Of a stretch of DNA of 64,000 nucleotides, positions 10,001 through 18,630 are shown piece after piece. The DNA comes from a virus (taxonomy: Duplodnaviria; Caudoviricetes): IMG/VR virus record IMGVR_UViG_3300043434_000734, positions 64,001 to 128,000 of that record; one strand, 5' to 3'. Numbering within the stretch: the stretch's first letter is position 1; each line of letters opens with the position of its first letter. Made by a program: the position numbers and the translations under genes. The notes under the pieces are model-generated. The model was not told the origin of the DNA and did no database searches. It worked only from the letters and a program-made list of their open reading frames with translations.

Positions 10001-11756
10001 TTCCCCTTTCACTATATGGTAAATCTGAAACGGTAAAACCTGAAATTGTTGATGATTTCCAAGCTAAGTTTTCAATTGATAACATATATTTCTTAGCGTA
10101 AAATCCTTTTCCTCCGTCTGATTTGATGTTAGTAGATTTACCAAAACCCTTATTACCGTCAGACATTGGTGCTATATTCAGATTCCACGTGTTATCTAAA
10201 ACACTCGAATCAAATCTTCTTATATTTGTTCTTCTATATGGTGTGGTAGTCCCACTATAAAAAGGTCTATCCACTGTTTCTTTATACAACGGTGCGGTAT
10301 CTTCACGTGTTAAATATGGTCTATCTTTTGTCCAAACTCTAGCATATTCAATACCAATGTCTTTACCTGAATTATCAACATAACGTACGGCAGAACCTCT
10401 TGATATCAACGTATCCCCTTCCTTGAAATACTTACTTGTTTGGTCTAATATGTGTCCAATATGTGTCAATGCATCTCCACCATTTTGTGGTTTTGAATCT
10501 AATATCTGTTGAGTTGTTTCTAAAATTGAATCTTTTCTAAAATTATATTTTGTTGAAAGACTATCTCCAATTTTTTTAACATCGTTAATTTTACCTTTAT
10601 TCTTACTAATCCAAGTCAAACTACCTCCTAACGGTCCATTCTCATTTAACCCTTTATTAGTATGAAATAGAGTCGCGGCCGTGGAATCAAACATTAAAGT
10701 TAAGTAATAACTACTCTTAACTTTACGACCACTAAAAAGGTCAGTGGTTGCTTGTTTTACATCATTCGCTCTATCATCACCAATATATGAGGTACCTGTA
10801 GTCTCAGTACCCAACAACGTCTTAACACCTTGACCAATAAGACTTGGTATTTGAAATAATTTACTTGACTGTTGTGACCTTGCTGTTGTTGAATAATTTG
10901 GTGCATATTTTGAATAAGATAATAAGTCAAAAAGTCTATTTTTTGACGAAGAACCCATATGTTCAATTAACAAATCAGATGGTTTTTGTGAAGGTAATCT
11001 TCTTCTATCTATTCCAACCAAAGAACCCAAAACACCAGTTAAGTCTTGCCAAGCTTTGGTAGTGGATGAAACATCCGTAGGTCTTAAATTAATTGGATTA
11101 CGTGGATTTGATAAATAATCACCAGGTATAATACTAAACGGTAATTGAGTTCCCGCAACCGTACCTAAAAAGTCAACACCTTTACCTAATATTGTACTTG
11201 ATACTGTTATTTTATTATTACCCTCTATTAGTGGTTCCTTACCTCTAATAATATTTATTAATGCAGTACTATTTCCACTTATCGCGTCGAGTATTCTAAC
11301 CTTAGAGGTCGTTGCATTAGTTAAATTTTGTTGTATTCTAGCTAAAACGGGACCTTGTGTGTTTGTTTTAATATTTTTAGCCGCAAATTTAAAAAGTTCA
11401 GATTCTGTATCGTAATTATTGGTGGTCATAATACCAATCAATCCATCATCTGATTTTGTAAAATATGGGTATAGTGATAGGTTTGCCCTTCTAGGTAAAT
11501 CTATTAACTTATCCTTAATCATATATTCATTTGGTTTGAATATATTTGTTTTTTGTATATTAACCAAATCTTCTTTTCTACTTGAATCGACATTTGGTAA
11601 ATCAATGTTTTGACTATCACTTAAATTCTGTACCGAATATGTACTACTTGTAAATGTTTTTGGAGACGGACTTCTTTTATACACGGGGTCCAATGTTCTT
11701 TTCAACATTTTATCCCTGAACTCCTTTGTAGTATCAAAATCTAAGTATTTCGGCAT
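7074..11756 (-). CDS. Large baseplate/tail-tube initiator protein (two gp48/gp54-like tube domains plus an OmpA-like insert)
   Basis: WFPPYDLKVSEQNSANWDKNTFLGRPEPIYTYQNTERSGQLSFKIVVDHPS and PPICVLRVGDFYHSKVIFRDLNITF are tube-initiator-like; lies directly downstream of the tape measure gene. Confidence 0.6.
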   Translation of the reverse strand: MPKYLDFDTTKEFRDKMLKRTLDPVYKRSPSPKTFTSSTYSVQNLSDSQNIDLPNVDSSRKEDLVNIQKTNIFKPNEYMIKDKLIDLPRRANLSLYPYFTKSDDGLIGIMTTNNYDTESELFKFAAKNIKTNTQGPVLARIQQNLTNATTSKVRILDAISGNSTALINIIRGKEPLIEGNNKITVSSTILGKGVDFLGTVAGTQLPFSIIPGDYLSNPRNPINLRPTDVSSTTKAWQDLTGVLGSLVGIDRRRLPSQKPSDLLIEHMGSSSKNRLFDLLSYSKYAPNYSTTARSQQSSKLFQIPSLIGQGVKTLLGTETTGTSYIGDDRANDVKQATTDLFSGRKVKSSYYLTLMFDSTAATLFHTNKGLNENGPLGGSLTWISKNKGKINDVKKIGDSLSTKYNFRKDSILETTQQILDSKPQNGGDALTHIGHILDQTSKYFKEGDTLISRGSAVRYVDNSGKDIGIEYARVWTKDRPYLTREDTAPLYKETVDRPFYSGTTTPYRRTNIRRFDSSVLDNTWNLNIAPMSDGNKGFGKSTNIKSDGGKGFYAKKYMLSIENLAWKSSTISGFTVSDLPYSERGNNGGRVMWFPPYDLKVSEQNSANWDKNTFLGRPEPIYTYQNTERSGQLSFKIVVDHPSILNLMVREHFKNMSEEDVDTYITAFFAGAKDIDFYSLIRTYTNLDSEDITMIQDYLNSSGDTNQIKRYRSTVSSPVVTNPNGTSTSDANSNNITFNGKLYYAQGTPTSDKKEGTVDYNSTFDYINTTDEILNTKDENITTLTLAVDSIISGDTNKKDRVIQFNTENEVPQSSADKVVDDLTTLYTTFESDLDNFKSTLTKLREDLEKDLVDRDIIVLIGSTSSGNSPDNENYQLTIRRSHSVVKSVLKEIGATYKEKWSFTEITKNAPGTQVDQIDIDYSFKELGFKGSGRLYFRTTNYGEKVAVNGVDCSKVVFTNPDLNVLSPISYGCRQSTVSLEYKRKNLTENQPNNNVKLSQLNNLNLGNKKPPIDVMKRIIMKTLSEEYYFKMLEETSPLVFGSLKEKLKYFHPGFHSMTPEGLNSRLTFLQQCLRPGNTIPVKGLSDDSDLNARNTSFGPPPICVLRVGDFYHSKVIFRDLNITFDDTTWDLNPEGIGVQPMIATITMQINFIGGQGLEKPIERLQNALSSNFYANTEMYDERSESTNTKIGGQDAETFTKSFLQSLNDTNTQKKNIKDKLGIKYVEGQYFGEFSGNTVLNYTTLIDNLYKYSIDYLDTYETLFNTLLTKYGPHFTNFILNNAYRNVSDYVINTDSVETDVMELFGVYKSVDDYNEYIKKLVSNIEGLLTNEKIVSIFELSDVVTTDNSDVISNSLFLSVLSIIDKKVEEISVLSSIKDFENNRDNIIQTIDKLNFIVKNGYDVKLENGKSYSVNLTSFDDSNFYSTYSDAIDYIKRNVETISSKFNTDVNDPTIELTDDLLSQVILGLVVSENKDTIINEIKLLKLGDEINDILDRHFDKVLNKNEIYNLRYGKKPKRKNNKPIVYNIGTEILIDTTDEIKQIFAISNDVTVELNYYKK

Positions 11757-11800
11757 TATATTCTTTTATCTATAAATAGGTAACATTAAAAAAACTATTA

Positions 11801-13660
11801 TTAAACAGTTACTAAATATGAACCTTGTTGTTCAGCCGTTGGGATTCCAAAACCAAATGGAAATCTAACATTAATTTGACTTTTTATTATACTATTGTTG
11901 AAACTTGTTTCTTCTTTTGGTCGAGTCAATTCTTCTCTTTTTCTCTTTTCTTCTTCGAATTTTTTTATTCTTTTTTGTTCTTCGACTCCACCATTAATTG
12001 CATTATTAATAATATCCAAGGTATCTTTAGATAAATCACCTATACCGACCGCGTTACCATAATTCTTAACTGTTTGTCTAAGAACATCTAATGCATTTGC
12101 CAATCCTGATTCTGTGGTGTTTCTCATAACAGCATCTTTGGCTCCCGAAACTGCAATTTCTTTTAATGATTTAAATGCACCACTATCTTCGGCAATATCT
12201 CTAACAACAGGGGTAACTCCCCTTATTTGTCTGTTAGCCATAGCATTCACATCATTTTGGATGTTTTTAACTGCACTGAATTGATCCCGAGCAACATCCT
12301 CAAGACTCTTTTTATCTAATAGTTTTTGATTTTCCTTTAACGTGTTTATTTGTGATTGTGTTAAATCAGTAATTGCCGTCTCTATAGGTAATCCTATTTT
12401 ATCCGCAACGTCTTTAGGTACCGAAAGAGTCATCTTACCGTCTTTCATTTGGGAAAGATTAGAAATGAATTCAGTATCTTTTTCACTTAAATTAAAACCT
12501 TTACCCGCCAAATCTTGTACTACTGAAAGTCTTTCTTGTGCGGCAATTGCACCTTTAGCAAATTCTTTATATTCGATACCTAATTGAGAAGCCATTTCTT
12601 TTGCTCTCCTTAAGTTAACACCCGTGATTTCAAATCTACCTTGTTCTTGATTATAAGTTGCCAATCCACTCGCCGCACCAATTAAAGCATCCTGTAAACC
12701 TTCCACATTATTGGTTGCCATATACATTAGTTTAAGTGGGTCATTAAAATCACCAATTGCACCACCTAAAACTTGTAAATTTGCCGTTAATTCAATTGCA
12801 CCGTCAGGACTCATAACTTTTTCTGCAATCTTATATACTTCCCCTAAGTTCATTCTAAATTCAAGGGATTTTTGTACCATTCTATTTAACCCCTCAACGC
12901 CATTTTTAAATCCGTATTCGTTTAGTTTACCCAAATCAGTTTTAAGTAATTCTGTAGTCTTTTTGGTATTTAAACCTAAACCCAACGAAGACCTACCAGC
13001 CTTTTCAATCGCGTCTAAAGTGTCGGAAGCTCCTAAACCTATTTTTTCGGCCTCACCTAATAATCTACCAACATCAGTTAAACTACCAACAAATGATCTA
13101 GCAACAGTGTAGGTTTTATCTGCGGTTTCGGTCGACATAAAATTCGCCCTACCTGTAATATCCGCCATCGACTGAAACATTTTGGAAACTTCTGACATCC
13201 CATACCCAAATCGTAAGGCACTTGTGGTTGATTCAACAATAGTGTTTCTTACACCTTCTGACAAATTTCCCGTAATACCGATTTGTTCGTTAATCTCAGT
13301 CCTTAACTGTTCTTCATTTTGTATTTGTCTTAAGATATCACCACCAAATTGTTTAATTAATTCAAGTGGGTTTGATAATGACGTCAGGGCTTTTAGATAG
13401 CTACTGACATTAATATTATCGTCATCGTTTAATTCACTAATTCCTGATTTAGAAATTTCGGCCTTCATTGTTGCGGCAATTGCCGAACTCGTACCTGTTA
13501 TACTATAATTTAATCCTTCGTTATTTCTATTAGTTGTTCTTGATGAATTAACTTTGAGTCCATACCAAGATCTCGCATCCGCAGCATTATGACCATCGGC
13601 CACCGCAATTCTAACAAACTCGGATTCTGATTGATTGTTGTATAAATTTTCTAAAGTCAT
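11801..13660 (-). CDS. Tape measure protein
   Basis: 619 aa, helical, Ala/Gly/Leu-rich; sits between the tail chaperone and baseplate genes. Confidence 0.7.
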   Translation of the reverse strand: MTLENLYNNQSESEFVRIAVADGHNAADARSWYGLKVNSSRTTNRNNEGLNYSITGTSSAIAATMKAEISKSGISELNDDDNINVSSYLKALTSLSNPLELIKQFGGDILRQIQNEEQLRTEINEQIGITGNLSEGVRNTIVESTTSALRFGYGMSEVSKMFQSMADITGRANFMSTETADKTYTVARSFVGSLTDVGRLLGEAEKIGLGASDTLDAIEKAGRSSLGLGLNTKKTTELLKTDLGKLNEYGFKNGVEGLNRMVQKSLEFRMNLGEVYKIAEKVMSPDGAIELTANLQVLGGAIGDFNDPLKLMYMATNNVEGLQDALIGAASGLATYNQEQGRFEITGVNLRRAKEMASQLGIEYKEFAKGAIAAQERLSVVQDLAGKGFNLSEKDTEFISNLSQMKDGKMTLSVPKDVADKIGLPIETAITDLTQSQINTLKENQKLLDKKSLEDVARDQFSAVKNIQNDVNAMANRQIRGVTPVVRDIAEDSGAFKSLKEIAVSGAKDAVMRNTTESGLANALDVLRQTVKNYGNAVGIGDLSKDTLDIINNAINGGVEEQKRIKKFEEEKRKREELTRPKEETSFNNSIIKSQINVRFPFGFGIPTAEQQGSYLVTV

Positions 13661-13674
13661 ACATATAAATAGAC

Positions 13675-13833
13675 CTAATCACCATTTTCAATTTCAAAAA
13701 TATAATTAATGTAATATCTTCTGACGTAAGTGGGAATCGTTAAAATTTCATTATAACTAAACCCTTTTCTAACTAAATAATAAATCTCATTTAATAGATT
13801 TTTACTATAATCCGTAGAAAGGGCGAAAAAATT
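13675..13833 (-). CDS. Start-less 52-codon frame; predicted frameshift extension of the tail assembly chaperone (gpT/gp51-like)
   Basis: Frame reads NFFALSTDYSKNLLNEIYYLVRKGFSYNEILTIPTYVRRYYINYIFEIENGD*; no ATG/GTG/TTG/CTG; opens right after an in-frame TAG and overlaps TTT TTT CGC of the upstream gene. Confidence 0.75.
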   Translation of the reverse strand, partial: NFFALSTDYSKNLLNEIYYLVRKGFSYNEILTIPTYVRRYYINYIFEIENGD

Positions 13834-14554
13834 CTACCCCGAATCCAATTTGAACTTGGATTGTGTCTCCTGACGGGGTTGTTACGTTTTGGGTCAAGTC
13901 CAACCCAGGCTTATTTTCATTCACAAATTTTCTAAAGTCTTGTGAATCTTTGATTGGCATTTTTTCTATGAAATTTCTAATTTGCATCGGATCTTTAATA
14001 CCACCTACAGATCTAATCATAAATTCAAGTTGTTTTGTTATAATCGGTGCAACACCATTACCATTCCAACTATCTCTGATTTTAGTGATCTCTTCTTCTT
14101 GTTTTTGTGTTAAAAATTTAAAAGTAACTTCACTTCCACTTTTCTCTAAAAAATATTTATATTCGCCATTAGAATCTTCTTCTAATGTAAATTCTTTCAT
14201 TTTAATTGTGCTCAAATCAATTCTAAATGTGAATGGTTCATCTGTTTTTGGGTCGATTGTTTTAAATTCATATTCAGAACCAAATGCCGTATTTCTAAGA
14301 AATATTAAAATTGCCTCTTTATCTTCTTGAACAATGTCGTCAACATTTAAATCCTTATCAATTACTTTTCTTTTAAGTAATTCAGTAATAACCCCGTTGG
14401 TTGATACTAAACTTGGTGATGATAATATATTTTCGTCAGACGCAGTTAGGTAAGCAACCTTAACTGATTTTTTTTTGTTGGCGTAATGAATACCTCTACT
14501 TGGTAATTCAATAACATCATATGCGATTGTTGGGTCTATTCTAAAATCTTCCAT
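13805..14554 (-). CDS. Baseplate hub/tail assembly chaperone (T4 gp26-like)
   Basis: IELPSRG..Y..VKVAYLTASDENIL..D..AILIFLRNTAFGSEY pattern; between tail tube and tape measure genes. Confidence 0.75.
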   Translation of the reverse strand: MEDFRIDPTIAYDVIELPSRGIHYANKKKSVKVAYLTASDENILSSPSLVSTNGVITELLKRKVIDKDLNVDDIVQEDKEAILIFLRNTAFGSEYEFKTIDPKTDEPFTFRIDLSTIKMKEFTLEEDSNGEYKYFLEKSGSEVTFKFLTQKQEEEITKIRDSWNGNGVAPIITKQLEFMIRSVGGIKDPMQIRNFIEKMPIKDSQDFRKFVNENKPGLDLTQNVTTPSGDTIQVQIGFGVEFFRPFYGL

Positions 14555-14602
14555 AGGTATAATTTATACTATAACTAGTTTAAAGTAAAGTTTTTAAATG
14601 AA

Positions 14603-14633
14603 AAAACCGGTAATCTTTTGAACTACCGGTTTT
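14603..14633 (-). terminator. Rho-independent terminator after the tail tube gene
   Basis: AAAACCGGTA / TACCGGTTTT stem; T-run on the minus strand. Confidence 0.7.
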
Positions 14634-14651
14634 CATTAAAAAATTATAATA

Positions 14652-15140
14652 TTAGTAAATTAACACACATCTATCCATTCTTAAAGAACAGTCAATGTTA
14701 GCCAAATCATCTCTTGAGTAATCAAGTTCACCGAAGTTTAAGTCAGTGATAAAACATCCTTCTAATAACCATTTTTCAACTACAACACCTGTTGGATCTA
14801 ATAATTCTAAATCAATATCTTTTTTATAACCGGCAGCATAACCCATACGTCCTGTTACGGATTCTGCGTGTAAACGGAACCATTCCATTAACGCTTGAGC
14901 AGCAGATGGTCCGATTGGATCTCTGAACTTTACTTTCATTTCGTTCCATTCAAATCTACCGGCAACATAAGTTGATGTATTCAAGAAAGGAATTGCTACT
15001 GAATTTATCTTTGCACTTGGTCTAGAAGCAGATGATACGTACCATTCGTTGATACCTAAAGAAGAGTGAAATCTAACGATGAATCGATTGACTCTTTTTG
15101 GTTCGTACGGAGTCGGCATTTTCATTAATAAATCGGCCAT
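14652..15140 (-). CDS. Tail tube protein (T4 gp19-like)
   Basis: EPKRVNRF..RPSAKINSV..YVAGRFEWNEMKVKFRDPI..QALMEW..YKKDI.L..LDPTGVVVEKW.LEG.F. Confidence 0.9.
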   Translation of the reverse strand: MADLLMKMPTPYEPKRVNRFIVRFHSSLGINEWYVSSASRPSAKINSVAIPFLNTSTYVAGRFEWNEMKVKFRDPIGPSAAQALMEWFRLHAESVTGRMGYAAGYKKDIDLELLDPTGVVVEKWLLEGCFITDLNFGELDYSRDDLANIDCSLRMDRCVLIY

Positions 15141-15274
15141 ATTGTATTTGTTAAAATTTTTAAGTTATTTTTACTTTCTTATAAATATATCCAAATAGAA
15201 AATAAATTTAATTTGGATTAATTATTGGAAATAGTTGTTTTTATAATTTTTTTTTCGTAGTTTTTTACAGTCAC

Positions 15275-15407
15275 CCAGTATAACTAGTTCCAGCATATCT
15301 TTCTACTTAATTATATAACAATAATAAATACTAGAATAACTAGTTCTAGTATACTGGAAGTAATATAATTGTATAATTTTTATAAAAATATTGTTCTACG
15401 TAGAACA
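15275..15407. promoter_or_regulatory. Palindrome/repeat cluster in the longest intergenic region (candidate origin or partition site)
   Basis: ATAACTAGTTC at 15280 and 15336; CCAGTATA/TATACTGG inverted pair (15275, 15350); perfect 16-bp palindrome TGTTCTACGTAGAACA at 15392-15407. Confidence 0.4.
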
Positions 15408-15410
15408 TAA

Positions 15411-15444
15411 TAAGAAAGGGAAGCTTCTCAGCCTCCCTTTCTTA
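15411..15444 (-). terminator. Terminator hairpin after the tail sheath gene
   Basis: TAAGAAAGGGAAGCT-tctc-AGCCTCCCTTTCTTA, 15-bp stem with one mismatch. Confidence 0.7.
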
Positions 15445-15465
15445 TTTTTATACCCTCCTTTTAGA

Positions 15466-18357
15466 TTAGATATTCTCAAATGATGCTCCTGTTGGAGTAA
15501 TGATGAATTCCAAATCAATGAATTCAAGAGAACGAGTTGGTTTGATATAAATCTTACCTCTCAATGTGTTAGCATCAATATCTTCTGGATCATTTGATAC
15601 CGTTACACGGAACTCATATAAACCTCTTTCTTTCTTAATTGAATCTAAGATAGGGTTTACCAATCTTAAGAACTCATTTCTTACTTGGTCATCGTTTTGT
15701 TCAAACAATAATCTTACAGAAACAGCCGAAATTAACTTTCTTGCTCTTAATAATAATCTTCTTACGTTGATTCTATCAAGTGCAGATTCTCTAACTTGTA
15801 ACGTTTTGTTACCCCAAATAATAGTACCTGTATCAGAGAATGTGGCAATTGGGTTAATTCTATTCTTATATAATTCATCTCTTTCGTCAAGAGTTAATTT
15901 TTTGGTCGCCTTAACCGCATTTACTAAACCTCTTGAGTAACCCGCAACTGCGAACCAAGGATATGAAACGTTATCTGTTAATGCAATGTTCTTAACAACC
16001 TCACCTGTTGGGGGGATATATAACTGAGTTGAGTTGTCAGTATCTCTAACTTGAATCCAAGGCCAATACGTTGCTGAGTAGTTAGAATCAATTGCTGCAT
16101 CATCCAAATAACCAATCACCTCGTTTGCTGCGGTTGTACCCGTGATATTCGGTGAGTTCATAATATATAATGAATCTGCTCTTTCGTTTTCAACCATATC
16201 GATTGCTTGATTAACTAAAGAACTATGGTCATAGAAGTTAATACCTGGAGTTGCAAAGATATTAATATCAACTGCTTCTGGATTGGAGAACGTATTAATA
16301 CCTTGTAAATAAGCGTAGTAATCGGAGTTACCCACAGATGGACTAAACACACCACCATTTGTCGTGTTACCACTTATGTATCTATTTTTACCAAATACGT
16401 AGTCGTCAATGTTAGTTCTTGTTTGTCTATATATATCCCAACCGTCGTGTCCACCGTATACTGCAAATGTAAATTTACGATACGATAATGTGGTTAATTT
16501 GTTATCTACACCGGTTTGACCTTCTAAATCATAAGGTGTCGTTTTAAATTTAAATCCATTCGGTGTTGAACCCGTTATTGTTGATGCATTTGTTGATAAG
16601 TGAAAACCATATGTTTCGTCAGTACCAAGTACACCTTTATATTTTAATAAGTCATTATCAAAACCAACTTGTGAAGATAAACCTAAAGTTACTTTTTTAA
16701 CTTTATCACCTGATTCAACAGATGGTGTACCGTCAGCCGCATATTTTACAATATCACCAGCGTCGATATATTCAGTTTTGTAAAGTATATTTCCTAAAGT
16801 GGAGTTACCACCGAAATCCATATTGGTCGCAAAACCTTTAAAACCTGCAGGAATTGCGTCTGTTGGATGATTATCCACCATCGTTAACATAATAACTTTT
16901 GAACGTAATTCATACTCACCGTCAGAAGTACCAATTTTTCTACCAATATAACCTACTGAATTAGGGTCCATCGAACATCTTGAATATTTTTCAAGAACTA
17001 CTTGATTATCATCAGTATCATTAAAGTCACGTACCAATAAATCAAATTCGGCGGTATCTAAATTAATATTTTGAATCGTTATTTTAACTTGAAAGTTAGC
17101 GGCCTCACCGTCGGAAATAGTAATTACTTGAAATAAATCAGCTACCTCACCACCACGTACCTCAGAAACTACCATCGGTGATATAGTTGTATCCCAAGAA
17201 CCTAAATAATTATCACCTTCTAATTCATAAGAAACTTCCATCGATAATCCTCTAATTAAACCTCTTTCGTATGCCGATTTAACTAAGTTAGCGTATGATT
17301 CGTGTACATAAACGGGGAAATTACCGTAGTCTTTATCAAATACTTCACTACCTAAAACCTTAGTAATAAATTTACTTGATGTTGTGTCAAATGTACAAGT
17401 AAATTCTTTTGCCCCACCTGTAACACCTGTTACGTTGATAGTGAATTCACCCATAGGGTTAAATCTCATATCATCAACCTCAGTTAATGTGAAACTTGTG
17501 TTACCAGTTACTTCGTGAACTAATGTCTGTCCATCATAACGACCTCTTGATCTTATAGAACCAACAACTACCGCATCATAATCGGTATTGTGTTTTGCAT
17601 CATATTCGTATCTTCTAACGTCAAATGATGAACCATTCCACTCAAATAAGTAAGAATATGCACCATCTACTGTTGTCTCATCGTTAGGGTTTGCCAATGT
17701 ATATAGTACATTGTACCATTCTTTTGTGTTATTATTATCAGAGTTAAATTTACCCGTTAAAGGTGATTTAACTTCTTTATTTGCTGCAACAGGTAAATCT
17801 TCACTTACAGCAATTGGTCCCAAGACGAACCACTTTCCATTATCACTCACTGAATAACCACTGAAATTTTTGACAATGTAGTCAGTTATCATCGTACCAT
17901 CATATGCTGGTTTTATCGATAAATGATCATATACTTCGGTAACGTCGTTGATACCTATTATTGTTGGTGTTACACCTGAAAAGTCAGATGAGGTTTGATA
18001 TTCTTCTAAAACCACACCACCTACTGTTTTAATACCGAATGTTTTATATGGTTTATATCCCGTTAAACCAAGAACTCTTGTTACGAATAATTGATTAGAT
18101 TCTTGTAAATATGATTTTGCTACATATCCTAATTCATACTTTGGATTACCATTTACGTCCTTTGCTGGTGAAGTTGGTCCAAAATAATTTTTAAATTCAT
18201 CGAAATTACTTATTAAGATTGGTTCAAAGGCTGGCCCTTTTAAGGTCTCACCCACTAAACCCAACGTTGTAACCCCGACACTTTGTGCTACGAATGTTAG
18301 ATCCTTCTCTGATGTATACACACCGGGAGAAACGAATACTTTGTTTGAATTTGCCAT
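15466..18357 (-). CDS. Tail sheath protein (T4 gp18-like)
   Basis: N-terminal FVSPGVYTSEKD; C-terminal YWPWIQV..PWFAVAGYSRG..LYKNRINPI..GNKTLQ..ALDRINVRRLL..IYIKPTRSLEFIDLEF. Confidence 0.95.
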   Translation of the reverse strand: MANSNKVFVSPGVYTSEKDLTFVAQSVGVTTLGLVGETLKGPAFEPILISNFDEFKNYFGPTSPAKDVNGNPKYELGYVAKSYLQESNQLFVTRVLGLTGYKPYKTFGIKTVGGVVLEEYQTSSDFSGVTPTIIGINDVTEVYDHLSIKPAYDGTMITDYIVKNFSGYSVSDNGKWFVLGPIAVSEDLPVAANKEVKSPLTGKFNSDNNNTKEWYNVLYTLANPNDETTVDGAYSYLFEWNGSSFDVRRYEYDAKHNTDYDAVVVGSIRSRGRYDGQTLVHEVTGNTSFTLTEVDDMRFNPMGEFTINVTGVTGGAKEFTCTFDTTSSKFITKVLGSEVFDKDYGNFPVYVHESYANLVKSAYERGLIRGLSMEVSYELEGDNYLGSWDTTISPMVVSEVRGGEVADLFQVITISDGEAANFQVKITIQNINLDTAEFDLLVRDFNDTDDNQVVLEKYSRCSMDPNSVGYIGRKIGTSDGEYELRSKVIMLTMVDNHPTDAIPAGFKGFATNMDFGGNSTLGNILYKTEYIDAGDIVKYAADGTPSVESGDKVKKVTLGLSSQVGFDNDLLKYKGVLGTDETYGFHLSTNASTITGSTPNGFKFKTTPYDLEGQTGVDNKLTTLSYRKFTFAVYGGHDGWDIYRQTRTNIDDYVFGKNRYISGNTTNGGVFSPSVGNSDYYAYLQGINTFSNPEAVDINIFATPGINFYDHSSLVNQAIDMVENERADSLYIMNSPNITGTTAANEVIGYLDDAAIDSNYSATYWPWIQVRDTDNSTQLYIPPTGEVVKNIALTDNVSYPWFAVAGYSRGLVNAVKATKKLTLDERDELYKNRINPIATFSDTGTIIWGNKTLQVRESALDRINVRRLLLRARKLISAVSVRLLFEQNDDQVRNEFLRLVNPILDSIKKERGLYEFRVTVSNDPEDIDANTLRGKIYIKPTRSLEFIDLEFIITPTGASFENI

Positions 18358-18471
18358 CGATTGTTGTTTGGTTAATTTTTTTATTACTTATCATATAAAT
18401 ATCTTTGTTTTTACCAAAGATTTCCATACTTTTTTAAAAAAGATAGTTATTTATCTTTTTATATCTTTATT

Positions 18472-18630
18472 ATGGAAAACAAAACAAAAAATGTTAAAAT
18501 AGGGGAAAAACATCACGAAATGTTAAAAACACACTGTGAAAAAAACGGTTTAAAAATCTATAAAGTTTTAGAGAAATTTATAGAAGAGTATTGTAAACCT
18601 AAGAAAAAAGACATTTATGGTGAAACTTAG
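18472..18630 (+). CDS. Small ribbon-helix-helix-like DNA-binding protein (52 aa; not in the ORF track)
   Basis: Translated by hand: MENKTKNVKIGEKHHEMLKTHCEKNGLKIYKVLEKFIEEYCKPKKKDIYGET*; beta-strand plus two-helix RHH pattern. Confidence 0.65.
   Translation: MENKTKNVKIGEKHHEMLKTHCEKNGLKIYKVLEKFIEEYCKPKKKDIYGET

Noticed and set aside
13802-13807. TAG stop-codon reassignment or readthrough, as in some Bacteroidota phages
   Set aside because: TAG is immediately followed by TAA in frame; long genes are intact in code 11 and several end cleanly at TAG.
15141-15465. tRNA or ncRNA gene in the long intergenic gap
   Set aside because: No cloverleaf, T-loop GTTCRA or extended GC pairing; features look like DNA-level palindromes and a terminator.
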